Source of the DNA: a virus | Taxonomy: Duplodnaviria; Caudoviricetes | DNA: 27,602 nucleotides | Direction: 5' to 3' (one strand) | IMG/VR virus record: IMGVR_UViG_3300032272_000056 | Span: 1-27,602 of that record | Shown: positions 17,609 through 25,735 of the stretch, one piece after another | Numbering within the stretch: the stretch's first letter is position 1 | Layout of the letters: each line of letters opens with the position of its first letter | Notes under the pieces: model-generated | Databases searched by the model: none | What the model saw: the letters and a program-made list of their open reading frames with translations, nothing else | What the model was told of the DNA's origin: nothing | Program-made: the position numbers and the translations under genes

Positions 17609-17899
17609 TCACCCATCCCCGAGTACTGGGCAAAAGTCATCCTCATCGTCAGTGATGCGTAGCTGAAGTTCTACCAACTTACCACCAAGTTCTGTTCGCT
17701 TGATACCAACTACTGATTCACTGTACCCCCTACGCATATCCTCCTCCAGGTCAGCGATCTTGGCCTCCAGCCCTACGTAGATTCCATCAGCCTTTACCTG
17801 CGCTGTCTCATTCCACACCTTGAGCAGCGCCTGCTGCACAGATACGCTGTCAGGGTACCCTGTTTCTTTTTGTATTTCTTGTATTCTTTCGCTGTTCAC
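17609..17899 (-). CDS. Hypothetical phage protein
   Basis: 96 aa. GTG start overlaps the upstream TGA, SD GGAGG. Short coiled-coil. Confidence 0.65.
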   Translation of the reverse strand: MNSERIQEIQKETGYPDSVSVQQALLKVWNETAQVKADGIYVGLEAKIADLEEDMRRGYSESVVGIKRTELGGKLVELQLRITDDEDDFCPVLGDG

Positions 17900-18150
17900 C
17901 CTCTCCCTCCGTTGTTCAGTGCATTTTCTATAGGCGGCACGCCCTTCTTAGGCTCTTCTCCAGTGTTAATGGTATCGTGGATGAAGCTGTTACAGTGGTC
18001 ACATACAATTGGTTTTTGGCCACTCTTCAGCTTTACTCGCCCCTCATCGACATTGAGGACTGATGCAGTTCGAACCGCGCACATGAAGCAAACTCTTTCA
18101 TCCTTCCTTCTGTCAAAGTACTGAACTTTGTAATGGATATCTATGATCAT
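17896..18150 (-). CDS. Hypothetical zinc-ribbon-like protein
   Basis: 84 aa with SD GAGGAG. Two CxxC motifs (CFMC, CDHC). Confidence 0.65.
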   Translation of the reverse strand: MIIDIHYKVQYFDRRKDERVCFMCAVRTASVLNVDEGRVKLKSGQKPIVCDHCNSFIHDTINTGEEPKKGVPPIENALNNGGRG

Positions 18151-18180
18151 GTTGTGTCTCCTCTTAGTCTGGTACGTGCA

Positions 18181-18378
18181 CTACTCCCCGGCAGCCATTT
18201 GGAGGAACTTACCTTCATAGTCAAAATAGAACTCTGTGAAAAACCCAGTGTACCCTCCAATTTTTGCCTTGCCCTCTTCGCAGATCATAACATACTTGTC
18301 TTCACCGGCAGCGTTAAACTCTGTAAACCCAACCCCAAACTCTGTAAATAGAGCCACCAGTTTTTCTTTGTCAGTCAT
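18181..18378 (-). CDS. Hypothetical protein
   Basis: Likely start ATG 18378 (MTDKEKL; ATGA overlap with the upstream stop; SD GGAGGT). Confidence 0.65.
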   Translation of the reverse strand: MTDKEKLVALFTEFGVGFTEFNAAGEDKYVMICEEGKAKIGGYTGFFTEFYFDYEGKFLQMAAGE

Positions 18379-18560
18379 TTTGCGTACCTCCCACTCGCCC
18401 CATATATCCGTATGTACTGACATATCTTCCCAAACCGCACAAGCTCTGCGTGTCCAAAAACAACCTGGTCACGATACACCAACTTACGGAGGAGCCTGAG
18501 TGCAACGAACCCGTCAGACTCCTTCACTCGCAAGTCACCCCAGCTTGTTATCATCCTCAA
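18375..18560 (-). CDS. Hypothetical small basic protein
   Basis: About 60 aa. Fills the gap and is coupled to its neighbours; GGAGG upstream. Exact start uncertain (18560 or 18554). Confidence 0.5.
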   Translation of the reverse strand: MRMITSWGDLRVKESDGFVALRLLRKLVYRDQVVFGHAELVRFGKICQYIRIYGASGRYAK

Positions 18561-18735
18561 CCTCCTCCTGCAAAGCCAGCTTCAGCTCCACGAGTTTAAG
18601 TATTTCTGCTTTATGATCGTCAATAGCCTGATCACACGCAGCAACTGCCGGCTTCCACAATTCTTTAAGTACAAACTCCTGGAGAAGTCCGTCCTTTATT
18701 TTATTGTCTGACATGAACTTTGCATGTTTATTCAT
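18535..18735 (-). CDS. Hypothetical protein
   Basis: 66 aa with SD GGAGGAG. Helical composition. Confidence 0.6.
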   Translation of the reverse strand: MNKHAKFMSDNKIKDGLLQEFVLKELWKPAVAACDQAIDDHKAEILKLVELKLALQEEVEDDNKLG

Positions 18736-18792
18736 ACTACTCCTCCACTGTTGAACTCATGTTCTTCTGGAAATAACATCTCCTCAAGCCGA

Positions 18793-19086
18793 CTACTTTC
18801 CTCTTTTTTTACAAGCTACTACTGCTGAAGCGCTCTCCCCCATCAAAGCCGCGTAAGCAACAAAGTCTTCATAGTTGTCAGCCCGGTAGTCTCCTTGAGA
18901 CGAACGAACCATCTTCAGTATTGCCATAAACGCCCATCCCTGTTCTTCTGACAGGTCGGTACCATAGAGTGTGTTGAACATACCCACAGTCTTACCCATG
19001 CTTCGCTCGCCTTCAGGGTTATCGTAGGTCTTCGCACGATCCTCCATATGCTTCGCTGCTTCATTAAGAATGTTATTTGCTTTCAT
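18793..19086 (-). CDS. DUF6378-like (nucleotide-modification-associated) protein
   Basis: 'ILNEAAKHMEDRAKTYD..GERSM...FN...G..LSEEQGW.FM.ILK.VR......DNYED..AYAAL.GE' matches this phage family by eye. SD GAGGAG. Confidence 0.75.
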   Translation of the reverse strand: MKANNILNEAAKHMEDRAKTYDNPEGERSMGKTVGMFNTLYGTDLSEEQGWAFMAILKMVRSSQGDYRADNYEDFVAYAALMGESASAVVACKKRGK

Positions 19087-19360
19087 TGTTTGTCTCCTCG
19101 TGTAACGCGGCTATGCTATTTTTTATTGACAATATTTCCGCTAGCACAGTGCTGCCACACTGGAGCCCTTTAACTTGCAGCTCCAAGTCCTTGACCTTCT
19201 GCTGTAGAGAATTTATGTACGCCATGTAGTGATCCGCTGAGAACTTGACTATGGCGGCGTTCATACGCATCTGCTCCCTCACAGTAGTACACTCATGTGC
19301 CTTCTTAAACATGTTCAAGAGTACCTTCCGATCTGGATGCAGCGATACTGGAACTAGCAT
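19073..19360 (-). CDS. Hypothetical coiled-coil protein
   Basis: Likely start ATG 19360 (SD GGAGG). Overlaps the thyX stop and the downstream start. Confidence 0.6.
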   Translation of the reverse strand: MLVPVSLHPDRKVLLNMFKKAHECTTVREQMRMNAAIVKFSADHYMAYINSLQQKVKDLELQVKGLQCGSTVLAEILSIKNSIAALHEETNNESK

Positions 19361-20277
19361 AAAAATTCCTCCCAAGGAACCATGTTCATAACCCTGACAA
19401 TATCAGGATGGGCACTCTTGTGAGTGCGGAGCTTGCGAATATGAGACCACTCTTTTGCGTCTGCTGTTACTACGATCTCAGTGCGGAGAGCGTTAGGGAG
19501 AACTGCTCGGGCTTGTTGTGGTTTAAGACCATCGTCAAGAAGAATGTTGTACGTCTGTTCGCAATCGTTTAGTATGTCCTCAAAAGTATCCTGGGTGAAC
19601 GGTGGCCAATTCTCATACCCAGCAGGCTCAATAAACTCCATGTCCTTACCACCGTAGTTCACGTAGCGTGTGGACTCCTGAGCAAAGGAGGCGTCAAGTA
19701 CCTTATACAGGTCAATAGGTGAGTCAACAAACTCCCCAAACCAGTCCATTGCTGTTGGCCGATGCCGCACTATCTCATGGGAAACACCTCGATCGCAAAC
19801 AAACTTAGCTGAGTATCGGTGAAGTTCTGCGGGGATCTCATTGTGGGGGCAGGCTTGCCACTCATTAGAATAGGCGTTATCTCCCAAACCAAATAGCTCA
19901 CCATATGCATCCAAAAAAGGAGCAAAAACCGGAATGTTTCCAAGGTCCTCTACTCGTTGCCTCCATGCGGTTAAATTCCCCCCAATAAATACATCCTCCC
20001 CATTATCAAACACATTTAAGTACTTACCTGCTAACGTAGGGGCCTCCTCTGGGTAGGATATGTACGAGCGGGCCTTAACTACAAAGTTACTGTGCTCCAC
20101 CATGGCAAGGTGCCCGTGGCGTATGAGACCTTTAACAAATTTCTCTGCACTGGTCTCAGTTATTTTATCCTCTGACCTGTAGCAAGTTCGTCCAGCCATC
20201 TCAATGAACTTCACAGTACTCTCATAGTCTGTAGGAACTGCCCCAAAAAACTCTACACTTGGTTCAATTATTTTCAT
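19354..20277 (-). CDS. thyX: Flavin-dependent thymidylate synthase
   Basis: 'IEMAGRTCYRS', 'GHLAMVEH', 'CDRGVSHEIVRHR...SFAQESTRY', 'ARAVLPN', 'W.H...LR....AHP'. The signature carries a 21-aa insertion. Confidence 0.93.
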   Translation of the reverse strand: MKIIEPSVEFFGAVPTDYESTVKFIEMAGRTCYRSEDKITETSAEKFVKGLIRHGHLAMVEHSNFVVKARSYISYPEEAPTLAGKYLNVFDNGEDVFIGGNLTAWRQRVEDLGNIPVFAPFLDAYGELFGLGDNAYSNEWQACPHNEIPAELHRYSAKFVCDRGVSHEIVRHRPTAMDWFGEFVDSPIDLYKVLDASFAQESTRYVNYGGKDMEFIEPAGYENWPPFTQDTFEDILNDCEQTYNILLDDGLKPQQARAVLPNALRTEIVVTADAKEWSHIRKLRTHKSAHPDIVRVMNMVPWEEFLC

Positions 20278-20515
20278 CTATATCGACCTCCTGAGTATTA
20301 AATGCCTTTCGAAATGCATCTACTGATACCTTGGTTCTATCCACCGCCAGCTTAACTTTTTCAGGCGAGTATACTTCAGATAGTGACATCCCTGTGCTGT
20401 CAAGAAGTGCATCACTCTCCTGTGTGGTGAGAACTTTTGCAGCTACTACCATCGCAAGCCTTACAGCTATGTCGTAGTAGATTGAGAACTCCTCACGGTC
20501 CTTCATTGTATTCAT
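20264..20515 (-). CDS. Hypothetical protein
   Basis: 83 aa with SD GAGGT. Overlaps the thyX start. Confidence 0.6.
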   Translation of the reverse strand: MNTMKDREEFSIYYDIAVRLAMVVAAKVLTTQESDALLDSTGMSLSEVYSPEKVKLAVDRTKVSVDAFRKAFNTQEVDIDENN

Positions 20516-20518
20516 AAG

Positions 20519-20710
20519 CTACCTCACCATAACTTTGTATATTCTGGCTCTTCGCTTAAGGCGCCTGGTTCTTCGGTCTGCAACAACAATAATCCCAAAC
20601 CATGTAAGGAGCACAACTGCCCCTACTGCTATGTATGTGAGGCCATCTACAGCTGCGCATACGCCTAAACTTCCAAGCACTAACACAAAAAATGTATCAA
20701 AATATTTCAT
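20519..20710 (-). CDS. Small membrane protein (two TM segments, basic C-tail)
   Basis: 63 aa with SD GGAGGT. Hydrophobic FFVLVLGSLGVCAAV and YIAVGAVVLLTWFGIIVVA, then RRTRRLKRRAR. Confidence 0.6.
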   Translation of the reverse strand: MKYFDTFFVLVLGSLGVCAAVDGLTYIAVGAVVLLTWFGIIVVADRRTRRLKRRARIYKVMVR

Positions 20711-20713
20711 AAA

Positions 20714-20899
20714 TTACCTCCCAGGGTAGTTACTGATGATTCCACGTTCCATCTGACGAACACGTCTTGCTTTCTCTCGTGGGCCTTGGTGTGGTGTACC
20801 ATATTTTTTAGCCTTCCGTGCAGTGCCCATTGCCTGCTTCCCTGCTTTCACTGCGTTTCTGATCAGCATCTTTAAAAAGAATTCTTCAACTTTTTTCAT
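20714..20899 (-). CDS. Hypothetical small basic protein
   Basis: 61 aa with SD AGGAG. 'PHQGPREKARRVRQ' segment. Confidence 0.6.
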   Translation of the reverse strand: MKKVEEFFLKMLIRNAVKAGKQAMGTARKAKKYGTPHQGPREKARRVRQMERGIISNYPGR

Positions 20900-20914
20900 T
20901 TTGGATCTCCTAGC

Positions 20915-21100
20915 TTAAATTTGGTAGATATGGCTCAGCTCAACCTTGGCTAAGTTAGTCACCTCAAGTTCTTCTTCTATGAATTCGTCAACACCATTGT
21001 TAAATTTTTCAACTGCTTCCTCTGGAGTATCAGCAACAACCTTGAACGACTGAGTACCATTAAAGCCTGTGCATTCTCTATCTACCCTGTATGTTGGCAT
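20915..21100 (-). CDS. Hypothetical small acidic protein
   Basis: 61 aa with SD GAGGAGG. 'V.ADTPEEA' motif common in small phage proteins. Confidence 0.65.
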   Translation of the reverse strand: MPTYRVDRECTGFNGTQSFKVVADTPEEAVEKFNNGVDEFIEEELEVTNLAKVELSHIYQI

Positions 21101-21112
21101 GTTACGCCCTCC

Positions 21113-23971
21113 TCATAAATCGTTACTAAGTACCTTGGCCCCTTCGGTCAGCCGAGATGCTGACTGGTCAAGGTGTTTACATCGCATGTCTATCTCCCAC
21201 ACTACTTGTTGGGCACCGCCATACGAGGTACCCGCGCCGAGTACTCTCCTCTTGTTTGGATCCACCAGAGCCTTTAGACCCATCAGATCTTTCTTTATCT
21301 GCGTATAGCTGCCGTAGCGTTTAGATATCCATGCCTTAAATACTGAACGGGATATATAAAGCCTGGATATATCAAGCTCATATCTCAGGTCAAGTGACCC
21401 TCTTGGCTCTTCAATTATAGTGCAGGACATTGGGCCACCACGCGAGTCACCTTTTACAATGAGCCTGTTTGCAGCGTGGGCGTCGATGAACTGTGCAAGG
21501 ATATCGATAGATGTTCCTGCAAGGTCTTGCTTGTCCCCCCGCATACCATGAATGGTGGAGGCTACCCAAGACATTACCCTGGAAACGTCGAATTGGATGA
21601 TCCCTAACTTCTGAGCCACCATCCCCCCGTATATTGCCACCGATGCTATAGCAGACCAGAACCGTTCCTCACCAGTAATCTCAGCAGAGCAGTCTATCCT
21701 ATCGCGCACTTTATGGAGTGCTGCCTTTATCTCTGGCTCGTGTTGAACAAGCCATTTAGCGTACACAGTACCGGCGTGTCCGTAGTTCTCATGCATCGCC
21801 CAGTAAAGTTTCTCCGTTACCTCATCTTGGAAGTCAGGGTGCCGGTCAACTCGGTACTCAAAGATTCTGTTTATCTCAGCAGACGCATCGTGCTTGGCAC
21901 CTGATAGCTTATCCACTAGAGAGGAGTTAGTACTTACTACGGCCAAGGTGTTCCAGTGATTAAGCACGTCCCGTTCTGTAGCATTTCTTTGCAGCCGTAC
22001 CTTGTCCCTTCCTTGGGTTATCCGGTATGCAAGATCAGAAAGTTTCATCCCCTCAATGTTTGTCACCTCATCAATACCCATAGGCAGATTGCCATAGGCC
22101 CCCAGCCTAGATACCAAGCCGTTGTCTGTATCTCCTCGTAACATTATCAGATCCCGGTGGTACCCCCATATAGACAGCATGTGTCTGAGCATGAGCGTTT
22201 TACCTGCCCCAGAGTCACCCACAAGTGAGATCATGGCACCGTCGAACCCTGTGAACTTCATGAGTGGGGCCCCAAAGCCGCCTGCCAAAAGAGCAAACGC
22301 GAAAGGCTCCATTCCAGGCTTGTTTAAGACTTGTGTGGAGTCAGCCCATGCCTGCAGTGTGCCTTTGCAGTGAAAAGCCTCAGCTGCTTTTGGTACATTT
22401 TTTGCCAGGCTTGCATCTTCTACGTTCCCATCAGCATGGAAGATCTTCTTTCCCAGCACGAACATCGGGTCTCCGTTCCTGGCTCTCTTCCACCCCATTT
22501 GACAGAGTAGCAGTGACATCTTTCTTTCCCGTTGTAGCCTGGCCATATATCCTTCTAAGTACATTGCCATATATTTTTTCTCCTTTACGCCTACTACCAG
22601 TATGGAGTTATCTGCAAGGGTGGCTATTAACGTTTTTGGGTCATTGACCATGGAAAGTCTGATAGTACAATCCATGTCCCCTTCGTGAGGTAATGAATGC
22701 TTAATTGTTACCACCATGTACCCCAATGATTCGTCGTACGCTAATCGATCCGGATATAGATCCTGATCATAAAACCGAACCCACCTACCATCTTCCTCTG
22801 CAAACAGTCCGTCTTTACCCCTGCGAAACCCATCAGGGGGGGAGCACTGCTCCACCGGCAGTTCTTTCTTTACCGGCTCAGGCCTACCCAGAACTATTGG
22901 GCTTTTTATTTTACCATTATGTGGGCACCCTATGCATGGTTGTGGATTGGCGTCTCCCATGGATGCACATGTAGATGGTCCCATACCTGATGCGTGCCAC
23001 TGCTCTATTGTTTCTTTTGCTTTAGTGTGCCACTGAGGGTCTGTCCAGTCAAATACAACACTATCTCCATCGGCGCAGTGTATTAAGACTCCTACGCAGA
23101 AGAACCACAGTTGATGCCCGACATCCCCTTTTTCTGAGCGCATAAGGCCCAGCTGGTTACACTTATCTGCAATTCTCCCAGCGTCACTAGGACAGCTTAT
23201 CTGGTTGAGTCCTCCAAAAAAGTCCGCGTTTATATCGTTATTTGGCTTTGGGGCCAAAATTGCATCTCTGTTTATTTTTTTATTTTTTGCTGCTACATCA
23301 AGCAGTCTTACAAACTCTAAAAAATTTATTGGGTCTGCATCTTTTAACAGTACAACTTTTTTCTCAGGTCTACCTGGCTTTCGATTGGTTGCTCCTGGAG
23401 GCCTAAGCACTGATGCTGAGTCTGACGTTCGCGAGGAATCACCCCCTATCTTGGGCGAGTATGCTGCAACTACCTTCTTCAATATAAATGCTATGGTACG
23501 CCACTGCTCTGCTGGTACTGCTTCTTCTAGTATCCAATGGGCATACAGGCCAGTACCTGAGTTGACCACTGCTGGAAACGGTAGGTCTGTCTCCGATATA
23601 AACTCTTTTAGAGCTACCACTCCCTCTGTCTGGTTCTTAAGCGGCCATTTTTCTCCACAGTCTATGTCAAGGAAAAAGTTCTTTAGCAGTAGAGCGGTCC
23701 CCTGCCCTCTTACTTTCTTAGCCTGGGCCTTCCACTCCAGCTTGCTCAGGCCTCTCGGAAGTGCTTTATTGTGTGCCTGTGCCTCTCTGGTCTTGGCTGC
23801 ATCGAATGTGGCCTGGGCGATGTAACACGTATGCCCTGCAATATTCAATATGTCGAGTTGCCTCTGAGCTGCATCGACTGATTCAAAGAAGAAGTGTTTA
23901 AGCCCTCCCTTTGGCAACAGCTGTGCAACGCAGTATAGTCCCTCTGAGGGGAGTAACTTTTCTAGGAACAT
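21113..23971 (-). CDS. Primase-helicase: AEP/RepB-like primase, Cys cluster and DUF927 (Cch-like) ATPase/helicase
   Basis: 952 aa. FLDID, VNSGTGLYAHW, 'D.ASVLRPPG..N.K'; Cys cluster (CNQL...GPSTC...CIGCPH...IKSPI.LG); Walker A GDSGAGKT, Walker B MGIDEVT, 'G..K.R', ENYGHAG. Confidence 0.85.
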   Translation of the reverse strand: MFLEKLLPSEGLYCVAQLLPKGGLKHFFFESVDAAQRQLDILNIAGHTCYIAQATFDAAKTREAQAHNKALPRGLSKLEWKAQAKKVRGQGTALLLKNFFLDIDCGEKWPLKNQTEGVVALKEFISETDLPFPAVVNSGTGLYAHWILEEAVPAEQWRTIAFILKKVVAAYSPKIGGDSSRTSDSASVLRPPGATNRKPGRPEKKVVLLKDADPINFLEFVRLLDVAAKNKKINRDAILAPKPNNDINADFFGGLNQISCPSDAGRIADKCNQLGLMRSEKGDVGHQLWFFCVGVLIHCADGDSVVFDWTDPQWHTKAKETIEQWHASGMGPSTCASMGDANPQPCIGCPHNGKIKSPIVLGRPEPVKKELPVEQCSPPDGFRRGKDGLFAEEDGRWVRFYDQDLYPDRLAYDESLGYMVVTIKHSLPHEGDMDCTIRLSMVNDPKTLIATLADNSILVVGVKEKKYMAMYLEGYMARLQRERKMSLLLCQMGWKRARNGDPMFVLGKKIFHADGNVEDASLAKNVPKAAEAFHCKGTLQAWADSTQVLNKPGMEPFAFALLAGGFGAPLMKFTGFDGAMISLVGDSGAGKTLMLRHMLSIWGYHRDLIMLRGDTDNGLVSRLGAYGNLPMGIDEVTNIEGMKLSDLAYRITQGRDKVRLQRNATERDVLNHWNTLAVVSTNSSLVDKLSGAKHDASAEINRIFEYRVDRHPDFQDEVTEKLYWAMHENYGHAGTVYAKWLVQHEPEIKAALHKVRDRIDCSAEITGEERFWSAIASVAIYGGMVAQKLGIIQFDVSRVMSWVASTIHGMRGDKQDLAGTSIDILAQFIDAHAANRLIVKGDSRGGPMSCTIIEEPRGSLDLRYELDISRLYISRSVFKAWISKRYGSYTQIKKDLMGLKALVDPNKRRVLGAGTSYGGAQQVVWEIDMRCKHLDQSASRLTEGAKVLSNDL

Positions 23972-23980
23972 ATAGTTCCC

Positions 23981-24259
23981 CTATCGCATTGATACGCTTG
24001 ATACTATGTTTCGTAAGCGCGCTATGCGCTCCTCTGACTTTAGCCTATTTATGAGTGGGATTTTCCCAAGTTCACAGGCCTTATTGAGTCTAACAGCTAC
24101 TCCGTAGGCCAGATTCAGACGGATTCTGTCTGTTACTACCCCACCCGACTTCCATCTGTGGAGGGTGACTCGGCTTATTCCTGTTATCTTTGCCATGTCG
24201 GTCATGGACACCTTTGCCCTCTCTAGGGCTTCAAAAATAGTTTTTACTTTCTGTTTCAT
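23981..24259 (-). CDS. Helix-turn-helix (Cro/XRE-like) DNA-binding protein
   Basis: 'SMTDMAKITGISRVTLHRWKSG' HTH. Likely start ATG 24259 with SD GAGGA. Confidence 0.75.
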   Translation of the reverse strand: MKQKVKTIFEALERAKVSMTDMAKITGISRVTLHRWKSGGVVTDRIRLNLAYGVAVRLNKACELGKIPLINRLKSEERIARLRNIVSSVSMR

Positions 24260-24269
24260 GCTATTCCTC

Positions 24270-24297
24270 AAAAGCCCCTCCTATATAAGCGAGGGGC
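24270..24297 (-). terminator. Putative intrinsic terminator after the ssDNA-binding-like gene
   Basis: Minus strand GCCCCTC-gcttatatag-GAGGGGC-TTTT: 7-bp GC-rich stem followed by a short U-tract. Confidence 0.65.
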
Positions 24298-24311
24298 GGG
24301 GGGAGAATTGT

Positions 24312-25307
24312 TTACAGGCTTAACTCTGCCATAAGCTCTTCGTCAGTTGGGGCTGCGGCGGCAGCTTGCACCGGTGTGGCCTCCTGTACTGGAACAGTAC
24401 CAAGGCCAAGGCCAAGGTCAAGATCGTCTACTGGTTCAGCTAGTGTTGCTGTGGCGGCCTTGTCACTGGCTGCCTTAACTTCCTTAGCTGCTGCTTGGGC
24501 AGAGGCAGCCTTGTCATTTGTGACCTTAGCAGCAGAAGCAGCTTGCGCAGAGGCGTCAAGCGCAGGAGCGCTGGACGAAATACCTCCGATAGCTTCATCT
24601 GCTTCGGGGGAAACCGCAAGCTTTTCGATGGTTGGGATAAGTTTTTTATCAATGTAGCCACCAAAGCGAAACACCAGTACTGGATAGGACTCTTTGAGGT
24701 CAAACCCTACCAGAGTCTTCACTTTGTCAAAAGGTATGCTGTTGCCTGTGAGCTGCTTCAAGTAGAGGCCAAAGTTCTTCAAACTTCCTGGAGGGAGTTT
24801 GAACGCGTGGACCCCAAAACCTGGAACAAGCACACCAAGGTGCTTAGAATCTGCGCATGCCTTACCCTTAGTAGCGTTACCATCACGGTCAGTACCAGAG
24901 CCCCACGCGTTGTTCGGGCACAACGCGCACGTATCACTTTGGGGTGATGTGGCGGTTGGGTCAGGACGTTCACTATCATTGGAGAAACAGTCTGGGCCGA
25001 TCCCATCAGCGTCAGGGTTATATGCCTGAGCGTACCATGTTTTTGATAATGCTTTCTTTGCACGTAGCATCACAATTGGAAGATATACGTTGTCGTCTGG
25101 GCCACTCACCAACTTGGCTGGGGGGAACGCTCGTTCCTCACCGTTACCATCTACTAGCGAGAACTGTTTTCCTGAGAGCTTAACCCTCGGAGGGAATCCA
25201 GTGGAAATACCTGCTAGTGCAGCTTCGTTTGCAGCCTTTGCTGTGGCTGCGTCCTTGATGTACGCTGGTACTTGCGCGGGGTCTATGTTCATTAATTCGT
25301 TGCTCAT
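24312..25307 (-). CDS. Putative single-stranded DNA-binding/recombination protein with a Cys cluster
   Basis: 331 aa with SD AGGAG. 'PDCFSND..RPD...C..CP.N.WGS...GKAC' motif, Ala-rich linker and acidic C-tail (EELMAELSL). Lies upstream of the HTH and primase genes. Confidence 0.6.
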   Translation of the reverse strand: MSNELMNIDPAQVPAYIKDAATAKAANEAALAGISTGFPPRVKLSGKQFSLVDGNGEERAFPPAKLVSGPDDNVYLPIVMLRAKKALSKTWYAQAYNPDADGIGPDCFSNDSERPDPTATSPQSDTCALCPNNAWGSGTDRDGNATKGKACADSKHLGVLVPGFGVHAFKLPPGSLKNFGLYLKQLTGNSIPFDKVKTLVGFDLKESYPVLVFRFGGYIDKKLIPTIEKLAVSPEADEAIGGISSSAPALDASAQAASAAKVTNDKAASAQAAAKEVKAASDKAATATLAEPVDDLDLGLGLGTVPVQEATPVQAAAAAPTDEELMAELSL

Positions 25308-25735
25308 TTGTGTTGCTCCTGTTTTAGGTTTTTATATGATAATTTCAGGTGCTCTTCCCACCTATGTGATGATTCTATAGCAATTGCCAATGCTCTTCCT
25401 GCTGCATCTACACGCTTCTTGTGATACCTACTACCCATTTCAGTTCGCACGTCCCCGATAATTTCTGATGGAGCTTCTACAGGGCAAACACTCAGCCCGT
25501 TCTCAAGGTCATGAATAAAATCTACGTTTGCCAGTTTGGCAAATGCTGCTAACTCGTCCCGCAGCCCAAATACTTCCTCCTGTAGGTTATAGTTACTTGT
25601 CAATAGTTCTCCACACACAGTGTCCAGCCGATCGCGTTCGCGCTCTACCTCTACCATAACGACTTTCAACGCCGTGGCATTGACCGAGCATGTGAGGTAC
25701 GTAGATATCTTATTTGCCAGCCGTCTCCACATCAC
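25304..25735 (-). CDS. Hypothetical coiled-coil protein
   Basis: 143 aa. Start and stop both overlap neighbouring genes by 4 nt. Confidence 0.6.
   Translation of the reverse strand: MMWRRLANKISTYLTCSVNATALKVVMVEVERERDRLDTVCGELLTSNYNLQEEVFGLRDELAAFAKLANVDFIHDLENGLSVCPVEAPSEIIGDVRTEMGSRYHKKRVDAAGRALAIAIESSHRWEEHLKLSYKNLKQEQHK

Noticed and set aside
19693-19755. ThyX insertion considered as an intein or self-splicing intron
   Set aside because: At 63 nt it is far too short and lacks intein terminal residues or intron core structure. Kept only as an in-frame insertion.
20519-20710. Small two-TM proteins (also 17398-17604) considered as holins
   Set aside because: They sit in the early/replication operon with no endolysin or spanin nearby.
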